In this document: positions 11,566-23,100 of the stretch, piece after piece | Position numbering within the stretch: the first letter of the stretch is position 1 | How the letters are laid out: each line of letters begins with the position of its first letter | NCBI GenBank assembly: GCA_964019335.1 | Contig: OZ025713.1 | Coordinates: forward strand, 1 to 64,000 | Direction: 5' to 3' | DNA length: 64,000 nt | Origin: Diplonema japonicum | Lineage: Eukaryota > Protista > Euglenozoa: Diplonemea | Translations under genes and position numbers: made by a program | Notes under the pieces: model-generated | Seen by the model: only the letters and a program-made list of their open reading frames with translations | What the model was told of the DNA's origin: nothing | Databases searched by the model: none

Positions 11566-12168
11566 TCACAGTATGACGCACCTTCGTTTCTTCTTGTTGC
11601 TTTTAGGCTCATTGCTGGAGGTGCTATCATGAATAGGTGGCTCAGGTACTTGCTGCTCAGGTAGGAACTCCAACGCACACTTGACGACACTTGTGAATGC
11701 CTCTGTCACCCCATCACCGGTCTTTGAAGAGACTATAAAGGAGCGCACGGGTTCGTCAGGGCGAAGGCTAAGGGCGGCTTTCGTTACATCATCTTCTGTT
11801 ACAGTAAGGTCCCCCTCATCTGAACGTGTTCCGAAAAAAAACACGGGAACTCCAGCTAGGTGGGACACAGCCTTCTCCTTCATTTCCACAAGCTCTTGTA
11901 AGGACGCCTTCTCAGTCACATTGTACACCAGAACGAGGGCGTTCGTGTTCCTCAGCACAAGAGGTGTCATAGCACTCCAGTCGTCGCATCCGGACACGTC
12001 CCAGATTTGCACCTTTGCATCTCCGCACACCTTCTGTGAAAAGTCCACCCCCACTGTCTGCCTGTATTCGCTTTTGAAGATGTTGTAAACGAAACGGCTT
12101 TCCAAAGCCGTCTTGCCCACCTGCGGGGGGCCCATCAACACCACCTTCAACATCCCATCTTCAGCCAT
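11566..12168 (-). CDS. Divergent Rab-like small GTPase with polybasic CaaX tail, 200 aa
   Basis: G1 GPPQVGKT, TVGVDF, QIWDVSG, G4 GTRSD, G5 SSKTG, C-terminal KKKRRCVIL. ATG at 12168 follows an A-rich leader. Confidence 0.88.
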   Translation of the reverse strand: MAEDGMLKVVLMGPPQVGKTALESRFVYNIFKSEYRQTVGVDFSQKVCGDAKVQIWDVSGCDDWSAMTPLVLRNTNALVLVYNVTEKASLQELVEMKEKAVSHLAGVPVFFFGTRSDEGDLTVTEDDVTKAALSLRPDEPVRSFIVSSKTGDGVTEAFTSVVKCALEFLPEQQVPEPPIHDSTSSNEPKSNKKKRRCVIL

Positions 12169-12661
12169 TCTATTCTTTTCCTTTTTGTTGATGGTAAAAA
12201 TGAAGAAGAAAAAGAAGAAGAAAAAGGTAGTCTCGATTCTAGTGTGGTACCATGCAGCATGTGACCCAGCGGCCATACGAGAGCCCTTGCGAAACCTCGC
12301 CCCTAAGTGGTCCGTAGAAAGTAAAAGTGAACACTTTTTAAGAACTCAAGCACCTTGACCTGTACGGCATGGACCATGTTCAAGTTACTAACCCTCTTGC
12401 ATATCTCTTGGGGTGCGAGGATGCCGGAGGCATGGTGGAGGGGCGGGGGGGATACGGACTCGATGATGTCAGCGGATGCAAGGTCGAAGCGGTGACCCAA
12501 CAGGTACAACCTCTCTGCTGAAGTGTACGATTCCCTCTCCTCAAGATCACACATCCACTCCTGGCCTGTTTCCGCCATTAAGAAAGAAAAAGGGAGAAAA
12601 GGGAGAAAAAAGGAAGGAAAAAGACTGAAAACCCCACACCACTCATCAGCAATAACATTTC

Positions 12662-15600
12662 ACACAGAGGCTGCCCCCGTCCAGCTTGTCCAGATTCTAC
12701 GGTGCCCTTAACTGTGTTCCGCACAACATATATTTTTATATACGCTCCATCGCAACGTCCTAGTCTTGTCCATGGTCGATGAGAAGCCACAACATCGAGG
12801 CGGTCTGCACACAAACCCGGTTGTGCTAATGCTCACCGCCAACCCAACGAGGTGGCTCCCCTTGGCTTGCGCCACAGGAAAAAGGACATCTTGATAATTA
12901 CAACAAGGTGTTACTACTATGTGTCTTCTAATGCAAGAGCCGCGAAGTAATTCAATATGAAGGGAGAAGTGGAAGAAACGCCCCCACCTCAAAAAAAGAA
13001 AACACAGCCACGAGAGTGAAAAAAAGAGTTTCTGTCACATTCTTGTCGCTGAAGAAGGGAAAAGGAAGAACTGGCCTCATCTTGCGGCCCACGTGGAAAA
13101 CAGAAAAAAAAAACCCCCCTCTAGCTAACCTTGCTTCTTTCTGTTTCACATCTTTCATATATATATAAAGGACTAAGTTGTGAGATTTATCAGCAGGCAG
13201 CCTAGCGAGAAAAAGAAGAAGAAATATGGGGCCTTGGTTGCAACACTATTTGGCGTTAAGTGTGCAGCGTGGTGGAAATATTAAAATAAAAGAGTCGGGA
13301 AAAAAGAAAAGAAGAAAAAGGAAAAAGGAAATTAACTGACTAAACACCACACGAAGGAAAGCCCTCTTTCCTTGAGCGGGAAAAATCTAGGGGAAATAAA
13401 AGGGGTGTGCAGAGCAGAACCTCACTACAAAGTACGACAACAGTACTTCATTCGAGACGACAGTTAAGTGTTTTGGTCCGTAAAATTAAAGAAAAGAAAA
13501 AGAAAAAAGAAAGAGAGAGAGAGAGAGAGAGAAAGAAAAAGAAAACGAAAAGGGAGGCGGATATTTAAAGGACTAATCCTACTTTGAGAACCACCCCCAA
13601 AGAAAAAGAGGAACTGGCCGTTGTTTGTACGTGCCGGTTCCCGATGGGTACTCGAGGTCCGCGTATTGGACCAGATCATCCCAGCCTAGTGCCGTCATAT
13701 TTTTGTTTGTACGTGCCGGGTAAAACCTGGAGAAGTTTGTCAACCCGAAACACGTTGCCAACGTTCCCCTTTTGTTTAGACAAGTCAAAGATTCGTTCTT
13801 GCAAAAAAAAAAAGAGGAGAAAAAAAAAAAACTATGAATCATAGATAGATCGTGTGCATGAAGCGAAAAGAGTGCATAAGGGGGAAAAAAAGAAGAAAAA
13901 AAAGAAGGGAACCTTATTCTTCAGGAGCAAAAGCTGCCCAAACACTGTTGTGGAAGCCACCGCCGCAGATCTCAGAGGGGTTCCCTGTGCAGGGCTTGTT
14001 ACACCTGCTGCTGTCAGCTGGTTCAGCTCCTACAAGGGAGTCGCTACACCAACACTGCCACCCGTACTGAAGACCAGCTATGACGTGGCCGTTGTGCTGA
14101 CATGTCTTGATGCACTCTTCCACTGTGTTCCCCTTCTTGTCAATGTATGCCAGCCTCATCCGCCTGTTGTTGGCGTGGTCGGCAACGCAGCCCACGTGCC
14201 GAAAGACATCCTTCGGAGGCAGCGGGGCCAGCGAATAGACCTGGTTCCTCCAGGGCCCACCACAGGACTGTGTCGCGTCCCCAGCGCACCGTTCGTCGCA
14301 CAACGACGTGGCCGTCCTCACCGAGGTGCTGAGGTCATTCCCGCACCGGCACTGATCCCCATCTTGGGTCCCCGCGTATGTGTACCCTCGTGACTGGCAT
14401 ATGGTCGCGCACTCCTCATTCGTAACATCGCCAACGTACGCAAGTACAGGGAGCTTCCTCGCCGCATTGTCCTTGAAGCACCCTTCTAAAACGGGAGTGT
14501 ACGGAGGCGTCGGCATCCTGTACTGGTACACCTTCATCCTGTAGCCAGCGCCGCACTTCACAGAAGCATCCCCAGGACAAGCTATCTTCTCGCAGTCCAC
14601 AGCGGGCTGCCTCACGGACCCCGACATTGAGCTTCCGCACCAGCACTCCTCTCCATACTGAACCCCCGCAAACTCGTAGTCCTTCGCGTGGCACTTGTTC
14701 AGGCACGAGTCGACAGTGTTGTCCTGACCCCTGTATGCAAGGTGAGACAGCTGCCTCCGATCGATCATATCGGCGTAGCACCCAATGCCCCAGTGTGGAG
14801 GAACTGCGGGGGTTGGAGCTGGTGTTGGAGCTGGTGTGGAAGGAATCGTGGGGACACAGTGACCACTCCCCACAACATTGATCGCCTGTGCAGCACAGAA
14901 GACCTGGCCACCAGACAAACGGCAGTTTGTGCATGTCATCCCTGCCGCTACCTCAGAAGGGGGAACCTCCAAACAGTTCATGTTCAAGCAACCACTGCCA
15001 GGACAGGAAAGCGGAACAGGTCCCCAAGTGCAGTCAGGGTCGGACCTGCATTCCAGCTTCACACCCCACTTTTTGCAAGGAACTGTGATGGTTGGAATCG
15101 TGGGGACACAGTGGCCACTCCCCACAACATTGATCGCCTGTGCAACACAGAAGACCTGGCCACCAGACAAACGGCAGTTCGTGCAAGTCATCCCTGCCGC
15201 TACCTCAGAAGGAGGAACCTCCAAACAGTTCATGTTCAAGCATCCACTGCCAGGACAGGAAAGCGGAACAGGTCCCCAAGTGCAGTCAGGGTCGGACCTG
15301 CATTCCAGCTTCACACCCCACCTTGTGCAAGGAACTGGAGCCGGTGTTGGAGCTGGTGTTGGAGCTGGTGTTGGAGCTGGTGTTGGAGCTGGTGTTGGAT
15401 CGGGTGTCGTGGAGCAGTGGCCAGTCCCCACACCATTGACGGACTGTGCAATACAGGTAATCTGACCACCGGCCAAAAAGCAGTTTGTGCAAGTCATCCC
15501 TGCCGCTACCTCAGAAGGAGGAACCTCCAAACAGTTCATGTTCAAGCAACCACTGCCAGGACAGGAAAGCGGAACAGGTCCCCAATCGCAGTCAGGGTCA

Positions 15601-16536
15601 GCCCTGCATTCCAGCTTCACACCCCAATTCTTGCAACGAGGAATCGTGGGGACACAGTGGCCACTCCCCACAACATTGATCGCCTGTGCAACACAGAAGA
15701 CCTGGCCACCAGACAAACGGCAGTTCGTGCAAGTCATCCCTGCCGCTACCTCAGAAGGAGGAACCTCCAAACAGTTCATGTTCAAGCATCCACTGCCAGG
15801 ACAGGAAAGCGGAACAGGTCCCCAAGTGCAGTCAGGGTCGGACCTGCATTCCAGCTTCACACCCCACCTTGTGCAAGGAACTGGAGCCGGTGTTGGAGCT
15901 GGTGTTGGAGCTGGTGTTGGAGCTGGTGTTGGATCGGGTGTCGTGGAGCAGTGGCCAGTCCCCACACCATTGACGGACTGTGCAATACAGGTAATCTGAC
16001 CACCGGCCAAAAAGCAGTTTGTGCAAGTCATCCCCGCCGCTACCTCAGAAGGAGGAACCTCCAAACAGTTCATGTTCAAGCAACCACTGCCAGGACAGGA
16101 AAGCGGAACAGGTCCCCAATCGCAGTCGGGGTCAGCCCTGCATTCCAGCTTCACACCCCAATTCTTGCAACGAGGAATCGTGGGGACACAGTGACCACTC
16201 CCCACAACATTGATCGCCTGTGCAACACAGAAGACCTGGCCACCAGACAAACGGCAGTTCGTGCATGTCATCCCTGCCGCTACCTCAGAAGGAGGAACCT
16301 CCAAACAGTTCATGTTCAAGCATCCACTGCCAGGACAGGAAAGCGGAACAGGTCCCCAAGTGCAGTCAGGGTCGGACCTGCATTCCAGCTTCACACCCCA
16401 TTGAGTACAACTATCGATACCTGCAGCACCAAGTACCGTAAACAGCAGCAGCCTCATCTCCATGTTGCGCATCATGTTGTTATTAAAGCAATACTGTGAG
16501 GAAATGAATGCAAGAAAGCAAGTGAGACTAAAAGTA
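12662..16536. repeat. Segmental duplication copy A (copy B at 25784-29081)
   Basis: Near-identical from ~12865/25931 to gagactaaaagta (16536/29081), apart from repeat-number differences inside the gene. Confidence 0.95.
13914..16475 (-). CDS. Secreted protein: six 10-Cys repeats, PTPA linkers and three WSC domains, 853 aa
   Basis: Signal-like MRLLLFTVLGAAG. ~78-aa repeat C.xWGVKLEC...SGHC occurs 6 times. WSC motif GCYxD...T.xxC..C....YAG.QYG.ECWCG occurs 3 times. Confidence 0.92.
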   Translation of the reverse strand: MMRNMEMRLLLFTVLGAAGIDSCTQWGVKLECRSDPDCTWGPVPLSCPGSGCLNMNCLEVPPSEVAAGMTCTNCRLSGGQVFCVAQAINVVGSGHCVPTIPRCKNWGVKLECRADPDCDWGPVPLSCPGSGCLNMNCLEVPPSEVAAGMTCTNCFLAGGQITCIAQSVNGVGTGHCSTTPDPTPAPTPAPTPAPTPAPVPCTRWGVKLECRSDPDCTWGPVPLSCPGSGCLNMNCLEVPPSEVAAGMTCTNCRLSGGQVFCVAQAINVVGSGHCVPTIPRCKNWGVKLECRADPDCDWGPVPLSCPGSGCLNMNCLEVPPSEVAAGMTCTNCFLAGGQITCIAQSVNGVGTGHCSTTPDPTPAPTPAPTPAPTPAPTPAPVPCTRWGVKLECRSDPDCTWGPVPLSCPGSGCLNMNCLEVPPSEVAAGMTCTNCRLSGGQVFCVAQAINVVGSGHCVPTIPTITVPCKKWGVKLECRSDPDCTWGPVPLSCPGSGCLNMNCLEVPPSEVAAGMTCTNCRLSGGQVFCAAQAINVVGSGHCVPTIPSTPAPTPAPTPAVPPHWGIGCYADMIDRRQLSHLAYRGQDNTVDSCLNKCHAKDYEFAGVQYGEECWCGSSMSGSVRQPAVDCEKIACPGDASVKCGAGYRMKVYQYRMPTPPYTPVLEGCFKDNAARKLPVLAYVGDVTNEECATICQSRGYTYAGTQDGDQCRCGNDLSTSVRTATSLCDERCAGDATQSCGGPWRNQVYSLAPLPPKDVFRHVGCVADHANNRRMRLAYIDKKGNTVEECIKTCQHNGHVIAGLQYGWQCWCSDSLVGAEPADSSRCNKPCTGNPSEICGGGFHNSVWAAFAPEE

Positions 16537-17448
16537 ATGACAAATACATTTAAACTATCCTTTTAAGGTATGCGTCTTTACGCCCACCGGCCGAGCTGAG
16601 CTTTAGTCCCGTGGCGAGGCAGTCTTGTCGGGGTCTGCCACAGATCCCCTTTCATCTAAAGTTGCGATCGAAAACGGCACAGGGAGTTGACGCGTCCCAC
16701 TCGCGGGGGAAATCTTGTATGCGGGGTATCTGTCACGTTTCATCCCTCTCTTTGCCCTTTTGCTAGCACCTTTACAGGGAAGCTCAAGAGGAGGAGTGGA
16801 TGGGGAAGGGGCAGAGGCTCACAAGTTCCTCGCTGGAAGAAAAAGAAGGGGAGTAGGGGGGAGGGGGAGGAATGGAGTAAGGTAAATGGGAAAGCTTACC
16901 AACAATATGAGCCCCGATCTCGCCCAGATCCGAGTTTTAAAAATAATCATTCATCCTTTTTTTTAACCCAAAGAAAAAAAGAAAATAGGAGATATATCGG
17001 TAAGACAAAATCAACAAAATAAGAGATATATCGGTAGGTGGACCCGTGCACACTCTACTTGATTACAGGGGGTACATCCCGACCGAGCTGTTGCTTCTTC
17101 TGCATTCTTAAAAAACAAAAGAAAACTCGAAGTACTGGACAAGCCCCCCTGCTGGAGGGCCGTCATAAAAAATGGCTTTAAAAATCAACTAATGAATTTC
17201 AGCCAATAGGAAACGAAGTGGTTAGCAACGGCCCACCAAAAAAAAAAAAAAGAGGAATAATAAACTCAAACTCAACCACGGAAGAAGAAAGAAAAGGTTT
17301 AAAAAAAGATTCTTAATGACTACTTGTTTTTGTTCTTCGTACGAGCAAAAAAGGTTTTTAAAAAGCTGCGAAAGTCCTTTGCTCGGCACACGTTGCATAT
17401 AGTTATAAAATCACTTTTTGAAAGAAATAAAAACAAAAAAAAGCGTCC

Positions 17449-17479
<31 letters not shown>

Positions 17480-17870
17480 GAATATCGAAGTTTAATATTT
17501 GAATAAAACTTAAAAAAATTCACTATGATAGGAACAAAGTGAAAAAAACTCGATCTATTTTTGCGGTGCACTGGATGGTGCCCACCATGGACTGGGGATC
17601 CTACACGTGCCTGTCACCATTCTGCGGTTGCATCCTGGTGCCGACCGTCGGGGTTTGCCTGTCCGAAAAAAAGAAAACTGATAAAGTTTCAGTGTGCAGA
17701 GGGGTGAGGGGGGGGTGCTGTTCAAGAAAGAAACTCACACGTGATCGGTCATATTAATCAGTACAAAACTGAAAGAAAAAAAAAATGATGTCTTTGAAGG
17801 GGGCCTGCAGTGTGTGACAGGGTCGCCTAACTAAAAAAAAAAAAAAAAAAAAAAAACTGGTAATTGATAT

Positions 17871-19428
17871 GGCATCGTTTCAAAACCCCCCCCCAAAAAA
17901 ATGAGGCCAATTGACACTTTCAATATTTCTCTAAGTACTTTTTCCCAAAGAAAAAAAATTCTACAACTTTCCCGGCCCAGGTTAGGAAAGAAAACACCCC
18001 AGAAAATGGGAAAGTGAGTGTTACTAGTACCCAGAAAATTCAGTCCTAGGGGCAAAAATGGGTTTGCACAAATTCAGTAAAAGAGGGGGTGACAAAAATG
18101 GATGCTTTTAAACTTGTAGGGGTAAAAAAAAATGGTATTCGGACCGAGAAAGGGTAAATGGGAACACCACGGCGATCAGGACACTTGCCACAGAGGTTTT
18201 TGAGAAGCTCAGTGGCAACGACTGTGCTGCACTAGTTTGTGACGTAGTGTGTAAAAGGGAACTTCTAGCGGCACTTCTGCTATCATTTTCTGGTTGATTT
18301 AGTAGCCAACAAGACACCACACGGCGCCAATTGGTCAGAGGCATGAGGCTTGACCACATCACACATGATGAAATAAGGGCAGCTGGCCTTACTGTTGGAA
18401 AAGTCTTGTTCCACAGTAGCATGGGCACAGAAAAAAATAAAGAAAAAAATGGAGTGGATACTCTGGACTGACGGTGGGCGTCACTTTCGTGCAAAGGAAT
18501 TTTGCTACTTTGTTCTTTTTGGTCTTCGTTATGTATATCCCGATCGGACGTTTTCCCTGTGGTTTCTGGGGGAGAAACACGGCAAAAACAACAGGGACAG
18601 CCACTTTGGTGTGCTCTCTCGTGTTTGGTTTTGGGTGCCTCGTTCCACAACAATTAAAACTGTGGAACAAATAGCTAACATCACCAATACGATACGGTGC
18701 GCCGTGCATGTAGTTACTGATGTCTTTGACCCGTACAAAAAGAAGATTCTTGAGTTTCCGGATTTTACAGGTGCATATGAGCTCAGGAGCACACCGGAGG
18801 GTGTATTTGCTACGTGCGCGTCCACGAGCTAGAAAGAACTAAAGTACATCATCAAAGAACTCGATGCAGACAGGGCAGAGAAAAGGCCCCCAGTCTATGA
18901 ATCTTGTGATGAGTATGAGGACGTTCCTGATAGCCTTCCCGGACTTGAAAAACGAGAAAGAATGGTAACCAAATTACGAAAATACTCGCCACCCCATGAC
19001 AAGCCCAAAGCACAAGTACACCTATGAATGAGCCTCTTAAAACCCCCCCAAAATGCGGTAGAAGGCCTAATAGTATGAAAAAGAAACGAGGTCGCCCACT
19101 CAGCAGCACATCTCAGCCGCAGAAGACTAGGAAATGAAGGTTTCCACTTCCAACATCATTTCAGCCACCTTCTAGCAGTGAGTTTCGCTATTTCTTGCTA
19201 TTGAAAGCATAATCTCTGACTTTACCAAAACCACTAAAACCCGATTTTTACCCTAAGACCGAATTTTTCATAGGTCAAAATAGCACCCTTGAGCGATTTC
19301 TGACCCGGGTTCTTTCCTAATATGGGCCGGGAAATATGGAGAATTTTTTTTAAAGGGGGCGGCATGCCCAAAGATGCAACGAAAGTGTCAATTGGCCTCA
19401 TTTTGGGGGGGGGGTTTGAAATCGACCC
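17871..19428 (+). mobile_element. 1558-bp Sola(2)-like DNA transposon, copy 2 (inverted relative to copy 1)
   Basis: Essentially the reverse complement of 6765-8322. ATAT at 17867-17870 and 19429-19432. Transposase remnant at 18395-18832. Confidence 0.85.
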
Positions 19429-20181
19429 ATATATATTTACTAAAAAAGTAAGCAAAATAAAAAGTATGTAAAAATCTACATCCCTACAGAAGATACTTAC
19501 ATGTCACGGGAGGAAAAGATGCACCACGTACTTCCCACCGTTGCACTCCCAACATCAAAATTACAGCAGCTAGCTACGGCTTCTATCCCTCCCGCCTCAT
19601 TCCTCTCCTTGCCTTTTGCTAGCGCCTTACAAATAACAGGTAAGCTCCAAAGAGGGGGTGTGGATGGAGGGAGGGGGGGTAGAAGTTCGCAAGCTCCTCA
19701 CTGAAAGAAAAAAAAAGGGTGGGGGATGATTTGCCCAAATCGAAGTTTATTAACTTCATTCATCTTTCTTAACCCCATAAAAGACCGAAACTGATGTCAG
19801 TCTTATAAGCAAATAAAGCAAAAAGAGCAAAATTTAAAAAAGATCAACTAAGGCATTTCAGCCCAGATCGAAGTATAATAACTTCATTTTTCTGAATAAA
19901 ACTGGCCCAACAATGCTATCACTTCCAGCAAAAAGAGTTGGCTGATATTGTTGTTTGTGTTAGCCGGGGGGGGAAAGAAAAAAAAAAAGATGGGGTGAGG
20001 CAGAAAAGAAAAGATAAACTCGAGAAAACTCTGGTATACGTTATCATCTGTTCCTCACGCCATCGATGCTGTTCATTCGCCGGACACTCTTTCTTTTCTT
20101 CGTTCTCACTACACATTCACAACACAAAGCAGGAAAACATCAATACCCCGTCACGGGGGAAAAAATGCTACAACTCACGCT

Positions 20182-23100
20182 TTAATTCGTGTTGCTGTTT
20201 TGTGTCACGTCACCGTCGCTGAGAGCCTTCTTCACATCAGCTTTTCCTTCCGTGATGAGGATGTGTAATGCGTCGGTGTGTTCCTTACTAGCCGCTCTGC
20301 TATACGGGGTAATACCGTTGTTGTTGGCCTTGTTCACATCTGCCTTTCCTTCCGTGATGAGGATGCGTAATGCATCGACCTTTCCGTTTTCGGCAGCTAT
20401 GTAACATGGGGTACAACCGTTTTTGATGGCCTTGTTCACATCGGCCTTTCCTTCCGTGATGAGGATGTGCAATGCATCGGCGTGTCCGTTTTGAGCCGCT
20501 ATGTAACACGGGGTAGCACCGCTCTGTAAGGCCAAGTTCACATCGGCTTCTCCTTCCATGATGAGGATGTGCAATGCGTCATCATGTCCTTTTTGGGCCG
20601 CTATGTAACATGGGGTAGCACCGCTGCTTATGGCCTTGTTGACATCTGCCTTTCCATCCGTGATGAGGATGCGTAATGCGTCGATGTGATTATTTTGAGC
20701 CGCCATGTAACACGGGGTAGCTCTGTCGTTTGTGGCCTTGTTCACATCAGCCTTTCCCTCCGTGATGAGGATGCGTAATGCGTCGGTGTGTCCATTTTGA
20801 GCCGCCATGTAACACGGGGTAGTACCGTCGTCTTCGGCCTTGTTCACATCTGCCTTTCCTTCAGTGATGAGGATGCGTAATGCTTCTGCGTGTCCATTTT
20901 GAGCCGCCTTGTAACATGGTGTAATACCATTACTTTTTGCTTTGTTCACATCGGCTTTTCCCTCTGTGATGAGGATGTGTAATATGTCTGCGTGTCCGTT
21001 CTGAGCCGCCCTAGAACACGGGGTACAACCGTCGTTGTTGGACATGTTCACATTTGCCTTTCCTTCTTTGATGAGGAGACGTACTGCACTGGTGTGTCCA
21101 TTTTGAGCTGCCCTTAAACACGGGATGGAACCGTTGTCGTTCGCCTTGTTCACATCAGCTTTTCCTTCTGTGACGAGAACGCGTAATGCGTCGGTGTGAC
21201 CACTTTCAGCCGCAATTAAAGATGGGGTAGTACCGTTGTTTTTAGCCTTGTTCACATCAACCTTTCCTTCAGTGATGAGGACGCGTATTGCGTCGGTGTG
21301 ATCGTTTTGAGCCGCCATGTAACACGGGGTAATACCATGCTTGTTGGCCTTGTTCACATCTGCCTTTCCTTCCGCGATGAGGATGTGCAATGCGTCGGTG
21401 TGTCCGTTTTGGGCCGCCTTGTAACACGGGGTTATACTGTCGTTGTCGGCCTTGTTCACATCGGCTTTTCCCTCCGTGATGAGGATACGTAATGAGTCAG
21501 CGTGTCCATTCTGAGCCGCCATGAAACACGGGGTAGTACCGTCGTCTTCGGCCTTGTTCACATCTGCCTTTCCCTCCGTGATGAGGATACGTAATGCGTC
21601 AGCGTGTCCATTCTGAGCCGCTTTGTAACACGGGGTAATACCATTGTTGTAGGCTTTGTTCACATCTGCCTTTCCATCCGTGATGAGGATGCGTAATGCG
21701 TCAGCGTGTCCATTCTGAGCCGCTCTGCAACATGGGGTAGCACCGTCGTTGTTGGCCTTGTTCATATCAGCTTTTCCTTCAGTGATGAGGATGCGTAATG
21801 CGTTGATGTGTCCATTCTGAGCCGCCCTTAAACACGGGATGGAACCATTCTTGTTGGCCTTGTTCACATCTGCCTTTCCTTCCATGATGAGGAGGCGTAA
21901 TGAGTCAGCGTGTCCATTTTCACCAGCAATTAAACAAGGGCTGGTCCCGTTGTTGTTGACCTTGTTCACATCAGCCTTTCCCTCCGTGATGAGAATGTGT
22001 ATTGAGTCAGCGTGTCCATTCTGAGCAGCCATGTAACACGGGGTAGCACCGCTCTTGTTGGCCTTGTTCACATCTGCTTTTCCTTCAGTGATGAGGATGC
22101 GCAATGAGTCGATGTGGCCGTTTTGAGCCGCTTTTAAACACGGGGTAGCACCGTCACTCGTGGCGTGGTTCACATCAACCTTTCCTTCCGTGATGAGGAC
22201 GCGCAATGCGTCCACGCAGTCGTGTTCAGCGGCAACAGAGCACGCAGTCCTGCCAGACGCATCCACCGTATCCGCCGCCAGACTCCCAGAGAGGAGGACA
22301 TCCTTCAGAAGGTCAGAACGATTCCTTGCCGCCGCCGCATGAAGCACTGTCCACCCTTTACGCGGTCCCTCTTCCTCGTTCGCTCTCCAGAAAGTGTCGC
22401 CGAGCACCTGAACCACCTTGTCGAACACAGCCCGCTTGCAAGAACACGCAAGAAGCCCGACACCTGCTGTGTGAAGCTCCTTTGGTACCCCAGCGAGGTC
22501 CGCTCCCTTACTCAGCAGAACTGCCGCACTGTTCTCGTGGCTCCCGTCCTTGTTCATCCGCAACACTGCTGCGAGCGAAGAGTTCAGAGCCTCAGAGTGA
22601 GCGGCGGGTGCAAGGTTGGCACAGCACAGCGACACCACCTGCTCGTTGTGCTCCAACTCTGCCGCCGCCTGAAGAACTGTCTTCCCGTCCACAACAGGCA
22701 TTGCCGTGCTGAGCGGGTAGACCACAAACCTTCCTTCACGTGTCACCGGATGGAGTTCAAAGCGGCTATCTATCGTGAGCTTCGTCTTGATCGTATCGAT
22801 GAGCTTCGCGTTGCGGACACGCTCCACCTGTGTCATGACGTCTTCAAGCCTGCCCCAGTGATTGAAGTCGATTTCCTGCAGCTCCACCACCACCACGCGA
22901 CGCATGCTTGTGTCGAGAGCCACCTCCAGCAGACGCATCACACCGATGTCAGGGCGCCCCACCACCCGGAACTGGGTGTTCGCTGCGATCAGAACCTCCT
23001 TCTCCTCGGGGAAGCGGCTGAACCGAGCGATGCTCCGCCCAGTCTTAACACGCAGAACGAGGATCGTCCCCTGAACCTCTTCGTCGTTGTCCCCACCGCC

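Noticed and set aside
12303-12578. 91-aa ORF with coding-like composition upstream of the Rab gene
   Set aside because: No recognisable domain, and it runs into a dispersed repeat (similar to ~52995-53100). It may be a gene fragment but is unsupported.
11280-12711. Possible TTAA-flanked element (GGGTACC...GGTGCCC) capturing the Rab gene
   Set aside because: The terminal match is only ~6 of 7 bp, and both ends also occur independently elsewhere.
16563-16730. GC-rich structured-looking segment (tRNA, HDV ribozyme or Ingi signature?)
   Set aside because: I could not fit a cloverleaf, A/B boxes or an HDV core; only a small hairpin is evident.
20190-22340. Regular repeats as a CRISPR-like array
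   Set aside because: They are 102-nt in-frame ankyrin coding repeats with no spacers.
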